Below are positions 1-12,573 of a stretch of DNA of 64,000 nt, in pieces. The DNA lies in assembly GCA_028534125.1 (NCBI GenBank), contig CM052832.1, positions 19,904,001 to 19,968,000 of the forward strand. Direction: 5' to 3'. Made by a program: the position numbers and the translations under genes. The stretch's first letter is position 1. Every line of letters starts with the position of its first letter. Source of the DNA: Lama glama (lineage: Eukaryota). Under the pieces are notes generated by a model that saw only the letters and a list, made by a program, of their open reading frames with translations, made no database searches and was not told where the DNA came from.

Positions 1-900
1 GAGTTAAAAATATGTTAGGAAACACAATTCTCAGGCTGACTTTTATTTTATAGTTTATTTTATTTTATAGATTTATAGTCCAATCTTTTTTTACTTCTCA
101 GTTTTGATAAGGGTTGGAAGGGACTCCATGGATTGAGGGTTTGGGTTCTTAGACAGAATCTTTGACACTCTTCAATGATTAACTCTGTAACAATACTCTG
201 AAATGGTGTAATCACTTTACCTTAACTCCCTTCTCTGAACTAACCACTGCTCTCTTCTCATTATTATCCACCATCTCTGCCAGCAGGATTTCTGCTCCAC
301 AGTGAACATGCCTTTGGGTGGGCATCATTAGTCTCTGTCTGCCCTCCTGCTCTCGCTTTTGGGAATGGTTCCACTCTATGTGAAAGTGAATAGTATCTTG
401 CTTTCTCTTTGATATATCATCGTTAATGAATGAGAATTAGAATAACTTTTCAACTGGGTGTGCAATTTTGTTTGACTAAACAAGAGAAAAAGTAGATGAT
501 AGGGTCTCTCTGGAAATGTGTTCAAACTGTGCTCTTTGTTACAGTGTATGTGGCATTTAGTAATGGAAAATAAGAACACCCCCCCCCAAGCACCATTTAT
601 ATAAAGTAAAGAAAATGAAGCTATTTGTGCATGACAGTTTGGTATGTGTCCTATGATTCTAATGCTATTTACATAAAGAGTGTTTACAGAGAGCCACAGT
701 TTATTTTGAGCAGAACACAGAAAAAGGAGATATTCCATACCCTTTAGAATAAAAATAAATGTGATAGGAACCACCAACATTCTTGTCTATTTTTACATAT
801 TTAATTTATTATTGTTAATTTTTTATTTTTGTTTCTTGTTTATGTTTATTTTTGTGACTTTTTGAATTTTATATATACACACTTTCTCTCCTTTCTCCTC

Positions 901-943
901 CACACATATATATATACATATATATATATTATATGTATATATA
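901..943. repeat. (TA)n/(CA) low-complexity microsatellite
   Basis: cacacatatatatatacatatatatatattatatgtatatatac. Confidence 0.85.
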
Positions 944-1214
944 CAGGAAAACTATTAAGTAAAGTATATAAAAATATTTTAGTAGTTTTTGAATGATAAT
1001 ATAATATTAAACACACAAACACAACAGTAACCAAAGTTTTAATAATTGGATACTTGGAATGTACTTTGTCTAAAACACAATAAAGTGCAATTTTTTCCCC
1101 TAAACTTCTGTATAATATACTCAGGCACTCAGACACTGTAGTAAGCCTTTCAGACTATATAAGTTAGAACTGTTTCCCTGAATTACACACCAATGACCTG
1201 GGTCAGTAAGCTTG

Positions 1215-1740
1215 TTGATTTGGCAAACATTCGTGGAGGGCCAGCTATATGCCAGGCACTGTGCTGGGCACTGGGGCTGCAGTGGTGCCCATAGTAGCAA
1301 GTCCCTGGATTTCCTGGAACTTAGATACTGACAGGATACTTATATATTTTTAAAAAGACTACAAAATTACATGTATTTGTACATACTGATAAATACTGTG
1401 ATGTGTGATGAGAGCCTTTGGCTGCGAGAATCAAGACTTTGGTGGTGAAGTGACATTTAGATGAGAATTGAAGGAGGATCAGCTTTCCAGAAATGAATGG
1501 CAGGAATTGGTCTGGGGAGAAGACCAGAACTATGCAAAGACCCTAACATGGAGAAAGAAGTTGTTATGCCAAAGAAACAGAAAAAAAAAAAAAAACAACT
1601 AGTATGTGTCTCATTGAGGGAGAGTGCAAGGTATGTGGGGTACCAGGCATGAAGGGACTTATTATCAAGGATTTGGGATATTTCCCAAGTATAATATCAA
1701 ATTACTGAAGTGTTTCATGTGATGAAATATCATAGTTGAA
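1215..1740 (-). mobile_element. L2 LINE 3' fragment
   Basis: caaacattcgtggagggccagctatatgccaggcactgtgctgggcactgggg resembles the reverse complement of the L2 3' end; purine-rich L2-like body follows. Confidence 0.75.
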
Positions 1741-1754
1741 GTTAGTTTTGGTAC

Positions 1755-1980
1755 TAATAGCTATCATTCTTAAGTCCATATTATAGATCAGGCTTTGGGC
1801 TAAGGGTTTTATCTGATTTAATTCATATTCACAACAACCCTAAAATCACTTCCTAAATGGGGGAAAAGTGAATCTGAGAACTTGTGCTACTTTCACCGAA
1901 ATCAGTGTGCTGAAATTGGCAGAGCTGAAATCAGAATTTAAGGCTCTATCTCTGAAGCTCAAGTTCTTAAGCATTCTACT
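1755..1980 (-). mobile_element. MIR SINE
   Basis: tcacaacaaccct...aaatgggggaaaagtgaatctgagaa...ggcagagctgaaatcagaa = reverse-complemented MIR core. Confidence 0.75.
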
Positions 1981-3148
1981 AACTGACTTTCTGATGTATT
2001 TAATCAGGCCGCTAGTAGATATCTCAGGAGGCAGAAGAATCAGGCACTATCTACTTTCATCTAGGACTTTTCTAGAGTGGTGGCTAGTGACTGTTCCTTG
2101 AGCACTCTGCTCTAGTGGTATTTAAAGACTAAGTAAAAGGATCCCTCCTGGATGACAGTCACCTTCCAGCTGTGCCCACCATTTGGTTTGGTTAACATGA
2201 GAGAAAAGTCAGATGTTAAGGTCCCTCCAGTTTGCGTGTATTTGCGTATTGAGCTGTAATTAAGTGGCACCTCTAGGGCTACTGTGAAATGGGACTGCCC
2301 CAGCTGGTTCTCAGCTTGTTGGCTTGTTTTGAGCCATTGTTCACAGCCACCATCTCTCCTCACCAGATTGAAAACAGGTGGGGGGGTGGGGGTATGCTCA
2401 TGTAAAAGCCTTTCCTCATGGCATTTACCTTCTTTATCAGCAAACTTCCTCCACATTATCCACTATTACTCTGCTTATCCAAGAGCACAATTATTTTTAC
2501 ATACAGTAGGGATCTTATTGTAGATAATTCATCCACAATATATGATATGGGCTCAAGTTACTCTTGCTTACTAAGTATTTAAAATACTAACCCCTCTGGT
2601 TTGGGCTTTATACCATGTATTCAGTGCCTTCATCTGCATCTTCATCTGCTTGCTCTGCTCTCATACCTTAGCTCTTTCTCTTCCCAGAGTTTCATCACTT
2701 CCTAAATCCATGTCCACTTACCTAAGTTGACTTGACTTTCCTTCCCCTAAGAAAGCAGAAGAGGACCCGATTGCCACTGCTTTCATGAAAACTTTTCCCT
2801 GACCTGTTATAACAACCAAAGCTTGATGAAATTTTTCTTGTTCTTAAAATAGAAGTATGAGAACTACTTACTGCCAACCTTGTGGTCCCCAAACACAACT
2901 CTTCATCTCAGATAAGGATGGCAATAGAGAAATGTTGACCATGTAACTGTATAGGAATGGGCGAGCTCTTTCTCAGTGTTAATATTACCTGAAATGAACT
3001 GTGAGGGTTAGAGACTTACCATCCTCTTCATCCTTCCTAATTATGTCCTGTCTTCCTGGGACACAAAGACAGTGACTGAACCCCTTTGACATTCCAGGTA
3101 CTTGCTTTATCTAATACGCACTTCACTGGAATTCACTCAAAATAAGAA

Positions 3149-3275
3149 GAGTAACTATATAATCCATCGACCAAACCAATAAAATCTGAGAATTAAGTAG
3201 CATGTTATTAATAACTATTCCAAGATAATATATGTAAAAGATACTTTCCTGAGACAAAGAAAATATAGTTCACCT
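3149..3275. mobile_element. MER81-like hAT-Blackjack DNA transposon
   Basis: gagtaactatataatccatcgaccaaacc...tattaataactat...atatagttcacctg resembles MER81 termini and core. Confidence 0.6.
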
Positions 3276-3456
3276 GAAAAATAACATGTCAAGAGTTCAG
3301 GGGGTAAAATGACATTTAGTTTATTCAACAGTTTATTTTTCTTTTATTCTTTCTCCTCACTCTTCCTACTTCTCCCTGCTTTGCTTTTCCCTAGACAATA
3401 CTTAAAAATTCAAATATTAACCCTACTAGCTTTACCTATCTGCTCATGGGATATCT

Positions 3457-3522
3457 TTTATTTTTATTAAATATATATATTTAAATATATATTTAAAATA
3501 AATATATATTTATTTTATTTTA
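3457..3522. repeat. AT-only low-complexity tract
   Basis: taaatatatatatttaaatatatatttaaaataaatatatattt. Confidence 0.8.
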
Positions 3523-4288
3523 TATTCTTCCAAATAGCTGTCTGGATCCCTTTTCTGGGGGAAAACAGAATAAGAAGATTTTCTTCAACTGGGCTTCTGT
3601 TTCAAAGGGAGGAGGTGTTATGACCATTATAATTTCCTTCCCTCATCCAGATATTATTAATCACATTATCCAATCATAATTTAGTTTTCTCACTTAAGGC
3701 AAATTCACTAGGCTATTCTCACTATTTTAAATTATACATGTTAAACATTAAACTAGAAAAATATGTCTTAACTTTATAATCTGTGTCATTTCTCCCTTTT
3801 TGGAAAAGGCATCCAGATCTTAATGTGATTTATTTAATAAATACAGATAATAACAAGTATTATTAATTGTATGGGGAGAGACAACATCACTTTGTTAGAC
3901 TATAAAAGTGATTTTGATGAAGGGATCCTAACAACATTGATGTACTCTGTAATTTTCGGCTGGAAATACAGCAAAAGATAAAATGAAATATAAGAGAGGA
4001 GAAATACTTCTGAAATGATATTTTGGCTCTACATATAAACAATGAAAAAAATATTAGTTTGGAAGCCTGGAGGTTGGTATTATATTCTTGTCTTGGCCTA
4101 TAATGTAGACAGTTAGATTCTTTGGACCTTGGTTTTCTTATTTATAAAAGAAGTTACATTTTAGCATGTGATTGCCAAAGTTTTCTAAAATTCTCTTCAT
4201 TAGTATTATTTAATAAATCTATAAACCCCAGTGTTTTGACAGCTGTGTCTCCATCTCTTAGATGTAGCTCTCAAAAGTCAACTCACAC

Positions 4289-4495
4289 TGGGAGGCAGTA
4301 CGATATGGCGGGTAAGCATAGTGACATGCTCTCTCTGTGATCCTGATTGAGATGTTAATTTATGAGCCTTAGTCTCCTCAACTGTCAAATACATGTAATA
4401 GTACTATCTTTTGTCATTATTGTGAAGATTATATGAAATGGTGCATTTGCTTATTGTACTAATTGGCAAAGAGTATATTGCAACTATTACTGCTA
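4289..4495 (+). mobile_element. MIR SINE
   Basis: ggaggcagtacgatatggcgggtaagc head; gagccttagtctcctcaactgtcaaat core; gtgaagattatatga. Confidence 0.7.
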
Positions 4496-4884
4496 TCATC
4501 ATTTTTGTTTTTATTCATCTCTGTCATTTACAATTGATGGTGCATTAACATAACATTAAAATAATCCTAGAATTATAGGTCCCCATTATATTGATTCCAA
4601 AATGGAATCCTTCCCTCCCCAAAGATACGCTGCTGACCACTGCTATGCCCATTCCCATATCTCTGAGTCCGCCTGTGCAGATCCATGTACCTTTAGTCCC
4701 CTTGAGTTTTTTCTGCCCATTCAAATCCCATCCACTTTTTGTAGTTCAGCTCAAACCCCACCTCTTCACATAAAATCTATCCCCAGTGTGTCAGCCCACC
4801 CTGGTTGCTTTCTGTGAAAAACAGTTATTTTTGCTATACAAAATAATGTCACATCTAATGAAGGGACACCTTGTGTTGTTATCA

Positions 4885-5125
4885 GCAAATGTGATGGAAA
4901 GAACTTGAGCTCTGTAGTTCATATACCTAGTTCCCATCCAAGTTTCTTTTTTTAAACTAGGAAATGAACTAAGAGATTTTGGAAAATTATTTAACTTCTC
5001 TGATTCTGTTTCCTAACTTTTAAAATGGAAACCATATTATATCCCTCCAAGGGTTGCTCTGAATTCTAAATGAAATAAACATGTCAAGTACCTGACATAC
5101 GTCCCAAGCTTAGTAAATGTTTATT
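4885..5125 (+). mobile_element. MIR SINE
   Basis: ttatttaacttctctgattctgtttcctaacttttaaaatgg core; agggttgctctgaattctaaatga. Confidence 0.75.
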
Positions 5126-6307
5126 TCTCCCTATTGCCTGCTAGAGTAATCTGTAAGAAATGTCTGTTGAGTTGAATATGTATAGAGAAACGTCTTATCC
5201 CCCTTCAAAGAGAATATGTCATTTACAATAGGGATGATTCTTTTTAATTTTTTATTACTAAGAATAAGTTCTGAATATATCATAAGAATTAAGTAAGCAA
5301 TTGTAATAAAATATTGTCAATTAGACAAAGTCTATTTGAATATAGAACAACCAAAATAGAGCAAAGCCTTGTGCGAAGAAGGATACTTATTTCCCTAATT
5401 ATGTTAAGGATATGAGATGCTTGATAACAATCTTGATATAATATAATAACAATCTTGATATAATAATGAAATAAACTTAATCATCAAAATGAATAACAGG
5501 AAATTTTATATAATTATTAATTATAATTAGACTCTTTTACTTATATTTCCACTTACGAGTTTTCTGTCGGTTTTGGAAGACTTCCTTAGGGTGCCAGGAA
5601 AAAACGTCCTGGCATTTAAAAATCAATGATTTTTGCCCAGGCATACCTATGTGTAATGAGCACCATCTATCACATCCCTTTGGAGTTTATCTATCTGCTC
5701 TACTTTACAAGATTAGATCAGTCAGTAGCATTCAAGTGTGCAAAGTTTCCATGAACGGGGATCCAGGAATATACATCAAGTTTTCTGAAATAGCACTTCC
5801 GAACCCTCATGGAAAAGAGTCAAGGCGCTAAACTTGTGTGAAGATAGGTAGTTCTAGAAGAAGACAACTTAACTTTCTGCCAGGATATACCAGCAAAAAT
5901 CAGCAATGTCCCATTGTTACTGATCTTACTGGCTATTTTTGAAACAAGTATTGAAACAAGTATATCCAATGTGTATAGGATATGTCGTTGTTTCCTTATG
6001 AATACATGTCCCAGACTTTTTCTTCAATTAAGAAGGGTTTTTTCTCGAGAGTCATGGTTGTTCTCACTTGAAGATTCAAAGCTGTGTAGGTATGACTTGT
6101 AAATAAGACTGATTAGCTAGACACAGAGATCTTACACATGCGTCTAAGAAGCCTTAGAGAAGATACAGTCAAGTTAATCAGACTCGGTTCAATTATAAGA
6201 TGGTCAGAATCAGAGGATGGTGGTGATTTTGAAGTGATTGAGCCCAGAATCTTTCACTCATTTCTTCCAACCCAGCTCATAAGAATTCTGGCCTGAATTT
6301 TAAGAAG

Positions 6308-6665
6308 TGCCATCTGAGTCCATTCAGGCTTCTCTTATAAATATCATAGACTAGGTGGCTTACAAACAACAGAAACCTGTTTCTCACAGTTCTGGAGGCT
6401 AGAAGAAGTCTGAGGCTGAAGTGCCAGCATGCTCTGGTGGGGACTCTCTTTTGGTTGCAGACTTCTCATATCCTCACAAGACATGAGAGACTACGGAGTG
6501 CTGGTCCCTGTGGAGCCTGTTTTATGAGGCACTGATCCCGTTCATCAGGGCCCCTCACTCATGGCCTAATCCACCTCCCAAAGGTCTCGGCTCCTAATAC
6601 CATCACCTTGGGCATTAGGTTTTCAACATGAACTTTGAAGGGATACAGATATTCAGACAATACCA
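6308..6665 (-). mobile_element. MLT1A-type MaLR solo LTR
   Basis: tg...ca termini; aaacaacagaaa...tctcacagttctggaggctaga; cacctcccaaagg...cctaataccatcaccttggg...tttcaacatgaactttg. Confidence 0.85.
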
Positions 6666-8309
6666 AGGGCTAAGGGAAAGTGTTGCAATATAAGTAAAAC
6701 CTTAACTGTTTCATCGAATTTTCTCTGTAAAACTGAAGACAAATATGTGGCCTAGTAACAAGGATAATCGATGAGTATTATCTTCACTTGGGATTTTGGG
6801 TCCCCGTATTAGACCATGGATGGACATAGCAGTGATTCAAAAGGGCTTACACATGCCCTGGAGAAGTAGTAAGGGAATGGCTTCAGGATAAAGTTTCAGA
6901 ACACCAATTAAATTTCCTTGGATTTTCTTTGTAGTTGATGCTTTGACCCAGAGGTTGTTATAAATAGAATCAAAAGTAATATTATGCAGCAACTTGAGGC
7001 TTATTAATCTAAGTGGCTTTATTGTTCCTTTCTCTCCCTCCTACTCCTTAGATCTGAAGAACAGAAAGGAGAGAAGGGAGGAATGGGAGACAGTTTTTAT
7101 TGATCTGCCTGTAACTGGCTAGTGGAGTCCTCAGTGGGAGGAGGACGGACTCTGGCAGCTCAGGACTCAAGTCATCAAGTGAGTGGCAGAGGAATCCTTG
7201 TTGATTCCATCATGTATTCACTCATTCAACAAATACAAAATATGAATCCTGATTTTGAGTAGGCAACTGGCGATGGCTTTTGCAAGTCTAAAGAGAGATC
7301 AGTGTCTTCAGAACAGATGAAGAAAAGAGAAAAAGGATTTAGAGTCCCAATACATTCCATAAAAGGAGAAAGCTAGAAACAAATGTTGCCTCTTACTTAA
7401 GCCCTTTCTCTCTCCATTTATTTCCCACATCCTGAGTCTGTGGCTTTGTATAGTCTTCCATGGTTATTAAGCATCTCAGAAATCTACTGTTCCCAAAGTT
7501 ATTAATCTTGCCCAAATCATTTCCCAAGTCATTTGGTTTGCAGGGCTTTCTAAATATGGAAGTGTAAAATGGTTGTTTATTTACTTCACTTCAGGCATTT
7601 TGTTATTGGGTCATCCTTTGCTAATTCTAAATTTGTCTAAAAGAGACTTCAAACTTAATTCATTTTTCCTTTTTAGGAAGAGAGTTATAAAAAATAAGAA
7701 AACTCTCATTCTAACAAGAGAGAAACATGCTCAACCTAGAAATCAATGCAGAAAAAGGATAGTTTCTCTTTAAATAACATGGAGCATTATCTTCAGAGTT
7801 GGACCCAAATCTCTTGACTTGTTATCCATGTGCCCAGATCCTCCCTTTTGGTACCCTTTGATTCCTTAGAGAAGCCTCTTTTCCTGCTCTCACAGAGCCT
7901 TAATGCTATTTTGGTCTCTACTTTCTCCAATCTCAGAATTGCAGTAAAGAATTTAATAAATCAGAATTGCTTCCTACAAATGCCAAGTAAGGTGTAATCA
8001 GCTATCTTTCTCATGGGCACTTCAGTTGGCTAGTACATCTTACATCAAAATAATGTTTCTCTAAATTGTAGAATTCTCAGTGCCAGGAAGCCATTGAGGA
8101 TGTGCTTGGACTATGTGGAGGGAACTGAAATGACTGACCTCACACCATGTATTTTTAAATTTTATTTATAGGCTGGACTGATTGTCTCATTTGCCTTGGG
8201 GTTGATGCATTGAGTCTCTTTCTGAGAAACTGAAAGACAAACATACTTTTAATTTAAAAACATGTATGAGATAATTAAGTCAGTTAACAGCATTAAATAG
8301 GACAGGATT

Positions 8310-8470
8310 GTAAAACGGGAAAAGTATTGGACTGAAAATTGGAAGAACAGTGTTCTAAGCTGAACTTTCTGTGGTAAACTCTAAGACTGTAAGATAATCT
8401 TTCAGCACCCCAAATGTATTTCCCCATTCTTCAATGGAAGGCGCTAGACTGAATGATCGCAAATGCCCTG
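8310..8470 (+). mobile_element. MIR/MIR3 SINE, degenerate
   Basis: ggaaaagtattggactgaaaattggaagaac head; ctagactgaatgatc tail. Confidence 0.5.
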
Positions 8471-8509
8471 CTTATTTTCTTGTTCTTTAACTTATGCTAT
8501 TTCAGAAAC

Positions 8510-8960
8510 CAGTACTCTGTAGGGAAAAAAGAAGAAGAAATGGGGTCAAAATATATGAGTCATTCTATGTTGTTGAGAAATTTTCAAACTGGTTGGAGAG
8601 ACACAATTAGAGAACAATGAAAACCCATGTATAATCAAAAGCAAATTGTATGGTACCAACACAAACTACTCTAATAACACACTGTCAGAGAGAGTCAGTG
8701 TAGTAGAAATAGGGAAGATGCAGGAAAAGATGAAGGAAAAAGAAGGACAATGAAAGATGTACCAAAGATATGCAGCCATGGAGGAGGTAAAGGGATATTC
8801 CAGTGTGTGCAAATGAAGCGCAGACCTACCGATGACACAAGCTGGGATGGAGATCCGAAAAGGCATAATCACAGGGTTTTATATCAGGGTGTGGAGGAGA
8901 TAAATTAGAATGGGTTTGGAAGAACCTGATTATGAATTTCCTCACAAATAGAGGGACCAT
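8510..8960 (-). mobile_element. L2 LINE fragment, degenerate
   Basis: purine-rich L2-like text (aaactggttggagagac; gatgcaggaaaagatgaagg; ggatattccag). Confidence 0.5.
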
Positions 8961-9552
8961 AAATTTTAGCCTCTTAACTGAGATACTCTTAGAGTAAAAA
9001 GAGGCACCATTAATAATTACTCTAAAACAACAGTTATCACTGAAAATATCCCAGGAAGCTTGGACTATCCACGTTAGATTAGGGCATATGCTCACCTGCT
9101 TGTAAGGAGTGCACATCTTTTCCTTGAAAATGTGGAAGCTGATGAATCATAGGTTGAAGTTGCAAAGCCTTTATTTAGGTTGTGAAAGTGGAGCCTGCTT
9201 GGATGTGGTCTGCTCTAAATTTTAGTTCTCTCACAGTCAACTCCCTACAGACACAGACATATGATATGGCATTTGTTGTGGAGCAGATATTTCCTTTGTG
9301 GGCTTGCTAATTATACCTAAGGGAGCAGAAGACCTCCCTGAGAGTAGAAACATGATGTGGGAAAAGTGATAAACTACTGAGCGAGAACGACACACAGAGA
9401 AGAAAGATGGAAGAAATCAAGGACCGTAAACAATTCCAAAAATTGTCTTAAAAAATATACTCTGACACTTCCAGATGGATCTCTTAGCTCCAATTTCCTT
9501 GACATTTATGTGCTCAGTTTATTCTTCTGAAATCTCTGCATTTTGCTCTTAG

Positions 9553-9788
9553 AGGAAGATGTACAGCAATTCCCTGCGAGGCCGACACTCATGGTGAACA
9601 CTGCTTCATTCTATGGCTCATTTGATGGACATACGGCAGCTGGCATTCTTTTCTACCCTGATCGCAGCTCTGAAAATCAGCCAGTCAGATATGCAATCAT
9701 TTTTCAGCACCCGAGTGTGCAAGATGGGCACTGGGGATACGATAGAGAGATAAATACAGTCCCTGCCCATTTGGAGCTTTTCTTCTAA
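9553..9788 (+). CDS. candidate terminal coding exon of an unidentified gene (EDVQQFPARPTLMV...TVPAHLELFF*)
   Basis: acceptor tctctgcattttgctcttag; one frame open for 77 codons to TAA while the other two stop early; 6 CpGs in a CpG-poor window; AATAAA at 9926-9931; no repeat similarity recognised. Confidence 0.35.
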
Positions 9789-9931
9789 CAAGGAAGAAAC
9801 TCAATTGTACGCATGATCCTATGGAAGGGAAGTTCAGCTTCTGTGGCAGCATGTAATTAGGTGATTCCTTTAGCAAGGGCACCAGGTACCCCTGGCTTAT
9901 GTATTAATGCTTATAATAATGCAACAATAAA

Positions 9932-10172
9932 GTAACTACCATTTACTGAGAGGCTATTATACACTGGAGCACTGTTCAAAGATCCATACAAGCACCTTGA
10001 ATTCCTACAAAATTCTGTGGTAGAAGTGGTATTATTGACAAACTACAAATGAAAACTTTGTGGCTCTGAAAGATCATTTGATCTTCATACCATCACAGGA
10101 CTGCTAAACAGTAGAGCTAAGATTAAAACTTGTGTCTGCCTGGATAGAAAGCCCTCATGTTTTCTGTTATGC
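9932..10172 (-). mobile_element. MIR SINE
   Basis: aactaccatttactgag...tacaaatgaaaac...agtagagctaagattaaaac. Confidence 0.7.
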
Positions 10173-10184
10173 CGTATTTATTTT

Positions 10185-10330
10185 TTCCTGAACCTCAATC
10201 TATTCATGTGTGAAATAAGGGTGTGAAGCTCTACTTTATGGGCTTGGTGTGAGGATTGTGTGTGATAATATATTTTTTTAAAGCCTTGAATAGGGCTATG
10301 CACATGATTAGGTTCGATATCCTAAATGTC
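10185..10330 (+). mobile_element. MIR SINE 3' half
   Basis: ctgaacctcaatctattcatgtgtgaaataagg...gtgtgaggatt. Confidence 0.65.
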
Positions 10331-10509
10331 TTTGATGTCTACATCTCAGAACCAACGTATCCTAGGCTATTTTCCTTCATACCTTTCGTGAATTTTCCAT
10401 CTTTCAAATTGTCGCCCTGATCATGTTTAAACTTACCTCTTCCCATCACCACCCATGGTTCTCATCCTAATTCTTAATAATAGTAGTAATGATAATAAGA
10501 AAAAGAAGA

Positions 10510-10745
10510 ATAGCACCTTAGATAACATTAATTAAACACTGTGTTCTACATATGATGCAAATATTATCTAGCTAAATCTGAACAACCTATGTGACAGGTA
10601 CTTTAATTGCCCTATTTAGAGGTAAGGAAACTGGGACAGAGAGGGCTTAATGAGTTGTCTGCTATTCTATGGCAAGTAAATGTCAGAGCTGGGTTGGAAT
10701 CCAGGGTAGTCTATCTGCAGACTCCATATTCTTCATAACTTCATA
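10510..10745 (-). mobile_element. MIR SINE
   Basis: acaacctatgtgacaggtac...tttagaggtaaggaaactgggacagagagg...gtcagagctggg. Confidence 0.75.
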
Positions 10746-11559
10746 GCTTCATTACTTCTCTTGTCATTACTCAAGGATAACTCAAGGATCTAACAACATC
10801 CCATGAGTTTAAAAGTCTTACACTTACATATACAAATGATCCACAAAGTTAGACAATTAAAATCGATTGGGTGTTGGATGTTGGAAGAAAAACATTTTCT
10901 CCCTTAAACACACTCTTACCTAAATAAGCCCTGGTCCATAGTCACCGAAGTCATTTAAAATGGAAATAAGAGCTTGGGGGAATTTAAAGATGCAAGGCAA
11001 AGTTAATAATTAGAAGAACATCTCAGAGCAGAGGCAAAGATTCCTGACACAAAAGCATAAAAAGCATTTTCCATGTGTGGACATGGTAATACAAAGGAAA
11101 ATAAAGGGAACCCCAGTGGTGGGAAAAGTAAGGTGATTTGATACAGGCTGAAGGGACTGTATGGGGAACAAAAAGGCAACGATGGGCATCAAGTTCCAAA
11201 GCCCTGAAGTCAGGCAAGCACCCAAGCCAGGGATTGGGAGTGCAGGAAAAGAAAGTCCATTTGTTTTTAGAGTAATTTTTTGAAAAGAGTATCAGAAGTA
11301 TGCCGTGCTCTAAACAGCATAGTCAGAATGTTCTGAGGTGGTAGGGAATGTACTTTGATCTGAGCTTTGGAAAGTACCTGGAGAAATTAGGGTAAAAGGA
11401 AGATATATTGTATTCTTACCTACTGGGGTATTTAGAAGGAGGGACAAAGAAAAAAATACTGTATTTGAAAATTTTTATTATAATAATGTATTCTATGTCA
11501 AGTCAACTGAAAGGGTATGTAACTGCGTGAGTTTCCCTAGAGTTTGTCCTTTTAAAATA

Positions 11560-11810
11560 AGGCCAGCACATCTCCTCCACGGCTTCAGGATTGCTGTATG
11601 CCTGCCTGAGGCAGGTACATTTAGCTCCTGGGCTCCAGAAAATTCTCAGTAATTTTCTTTCCCCTTCATCTCTCCAGTCTGGTGTGGTGGTGGCTTCCAA
11701 CTACTGCTAATCTAGTTAGCTCACTGCATTCTGTTGACTGTCAGCAACTCTCACCACCTGTGTAAAGAATTTCCTACATTTGATTCCCTCTGTTGCAACT
11801 GTAGCATCCT
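11560..11810 (+). mobile_element. ERVL LTR33-like fragment
   Basis: ccccttcatctctccagtctggtgtggtggtggcttccaactactgcta...cacctgtgtaaagaatttcctacatt. Confidence 0.5.
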
Positions 11811-11841
11811 CAAAATGTTCCTTTGTTATGAGAAGGGTAGT

Positions 11842-12321
11842 TGCATTAGTTTTCTAAGGCTGCTATAACAAATTGTCATAAACTTGGTGGTTTTGAACAA
11901 CAGATGTTTCTTCTCTGGCATTTAAGGACATTTCAAGTCTGAAGCCAAGAAGTCAGTAGGGTTGGTTCCTCCTGGAATCTCTGAACAAGAATCTGTTCCC
12001 TGCTTCCCTCCTAGTGATTCTAGTGATTTCCCACAATCCTTGGCATTCTTCAGTTTGGAGGTGCACTCCAATCTCTGCCTCCGTCATCACATAGTCTCCT
12101 CTTCTGTGTTTCTGTGTCTCTGCTCTTCCTCTCCTGTTTTTTAGTAAAGACATTAGTCATTGGATTATGAGACTGTCATAAATCCAGAATGATCTCCTCT
12201 TGAAATCCTTAACTTAATTACATCTGCAAAGACCCTATTTTCAAAGCAGGTCAGATCCATAAAAAATGAGGAGTCAGAAATTGGATTTTTTGGGGGGAGT
12301 GTCATTATTCAACCCACTACA
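11842..12321 (-). mobile_element. MLT1C-type MaLR solo LTR
   Basis: tgcattagttttctaaggctgctataacaaat start; atccttaacttaattacatctgcaaagaccctattt; ends attcaacccactaca. Confidence 0.85.
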
Positions 12322-12387
12322 GGTTTTCCCCTGCTTTTCTCTTTAGACAGTAAGAGACACAGAATGGTCCCCATGCTCGCATTCTAA

Positions 12388-12573
12388 AATGGTATTGTCC
12401 AATAGAACTTCTATGACAATGAAAATGTTTTCTGTCTGCACTGTCCAATTTGGTAGACATTAGACATGGGTGCCTATGGAGTACTTGAAATGTGATTAGT
12501 GCAACTGAAAAACTGAATTTGAAAATTTTTTTGTCTTAATTAAATTTATATAGTTATATGTGTCTGGAGGCTA
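12388..12573. mobile_element. MER3 hAT-Charlie DNA transposon, truncated at an L1 junction
   Basis: tgtccaatagaacttctatgacaatgaaaatgtt...gagtacttgaaatgtgattagtgcaactgaaaaactgaattt. Confidence 0.8.

Noticed and set aside
376..1136. 134-aa and 96-aa minus ORFs
   Set aside because: F/L/I/Y-skewed, one crosses a microsatellite, no recognisable homology
5649..5850. Possible + strand exon upstream of the 9553 candidate
   Set aside because: Weak acceptor and donor, and the listed frame stops before the donor
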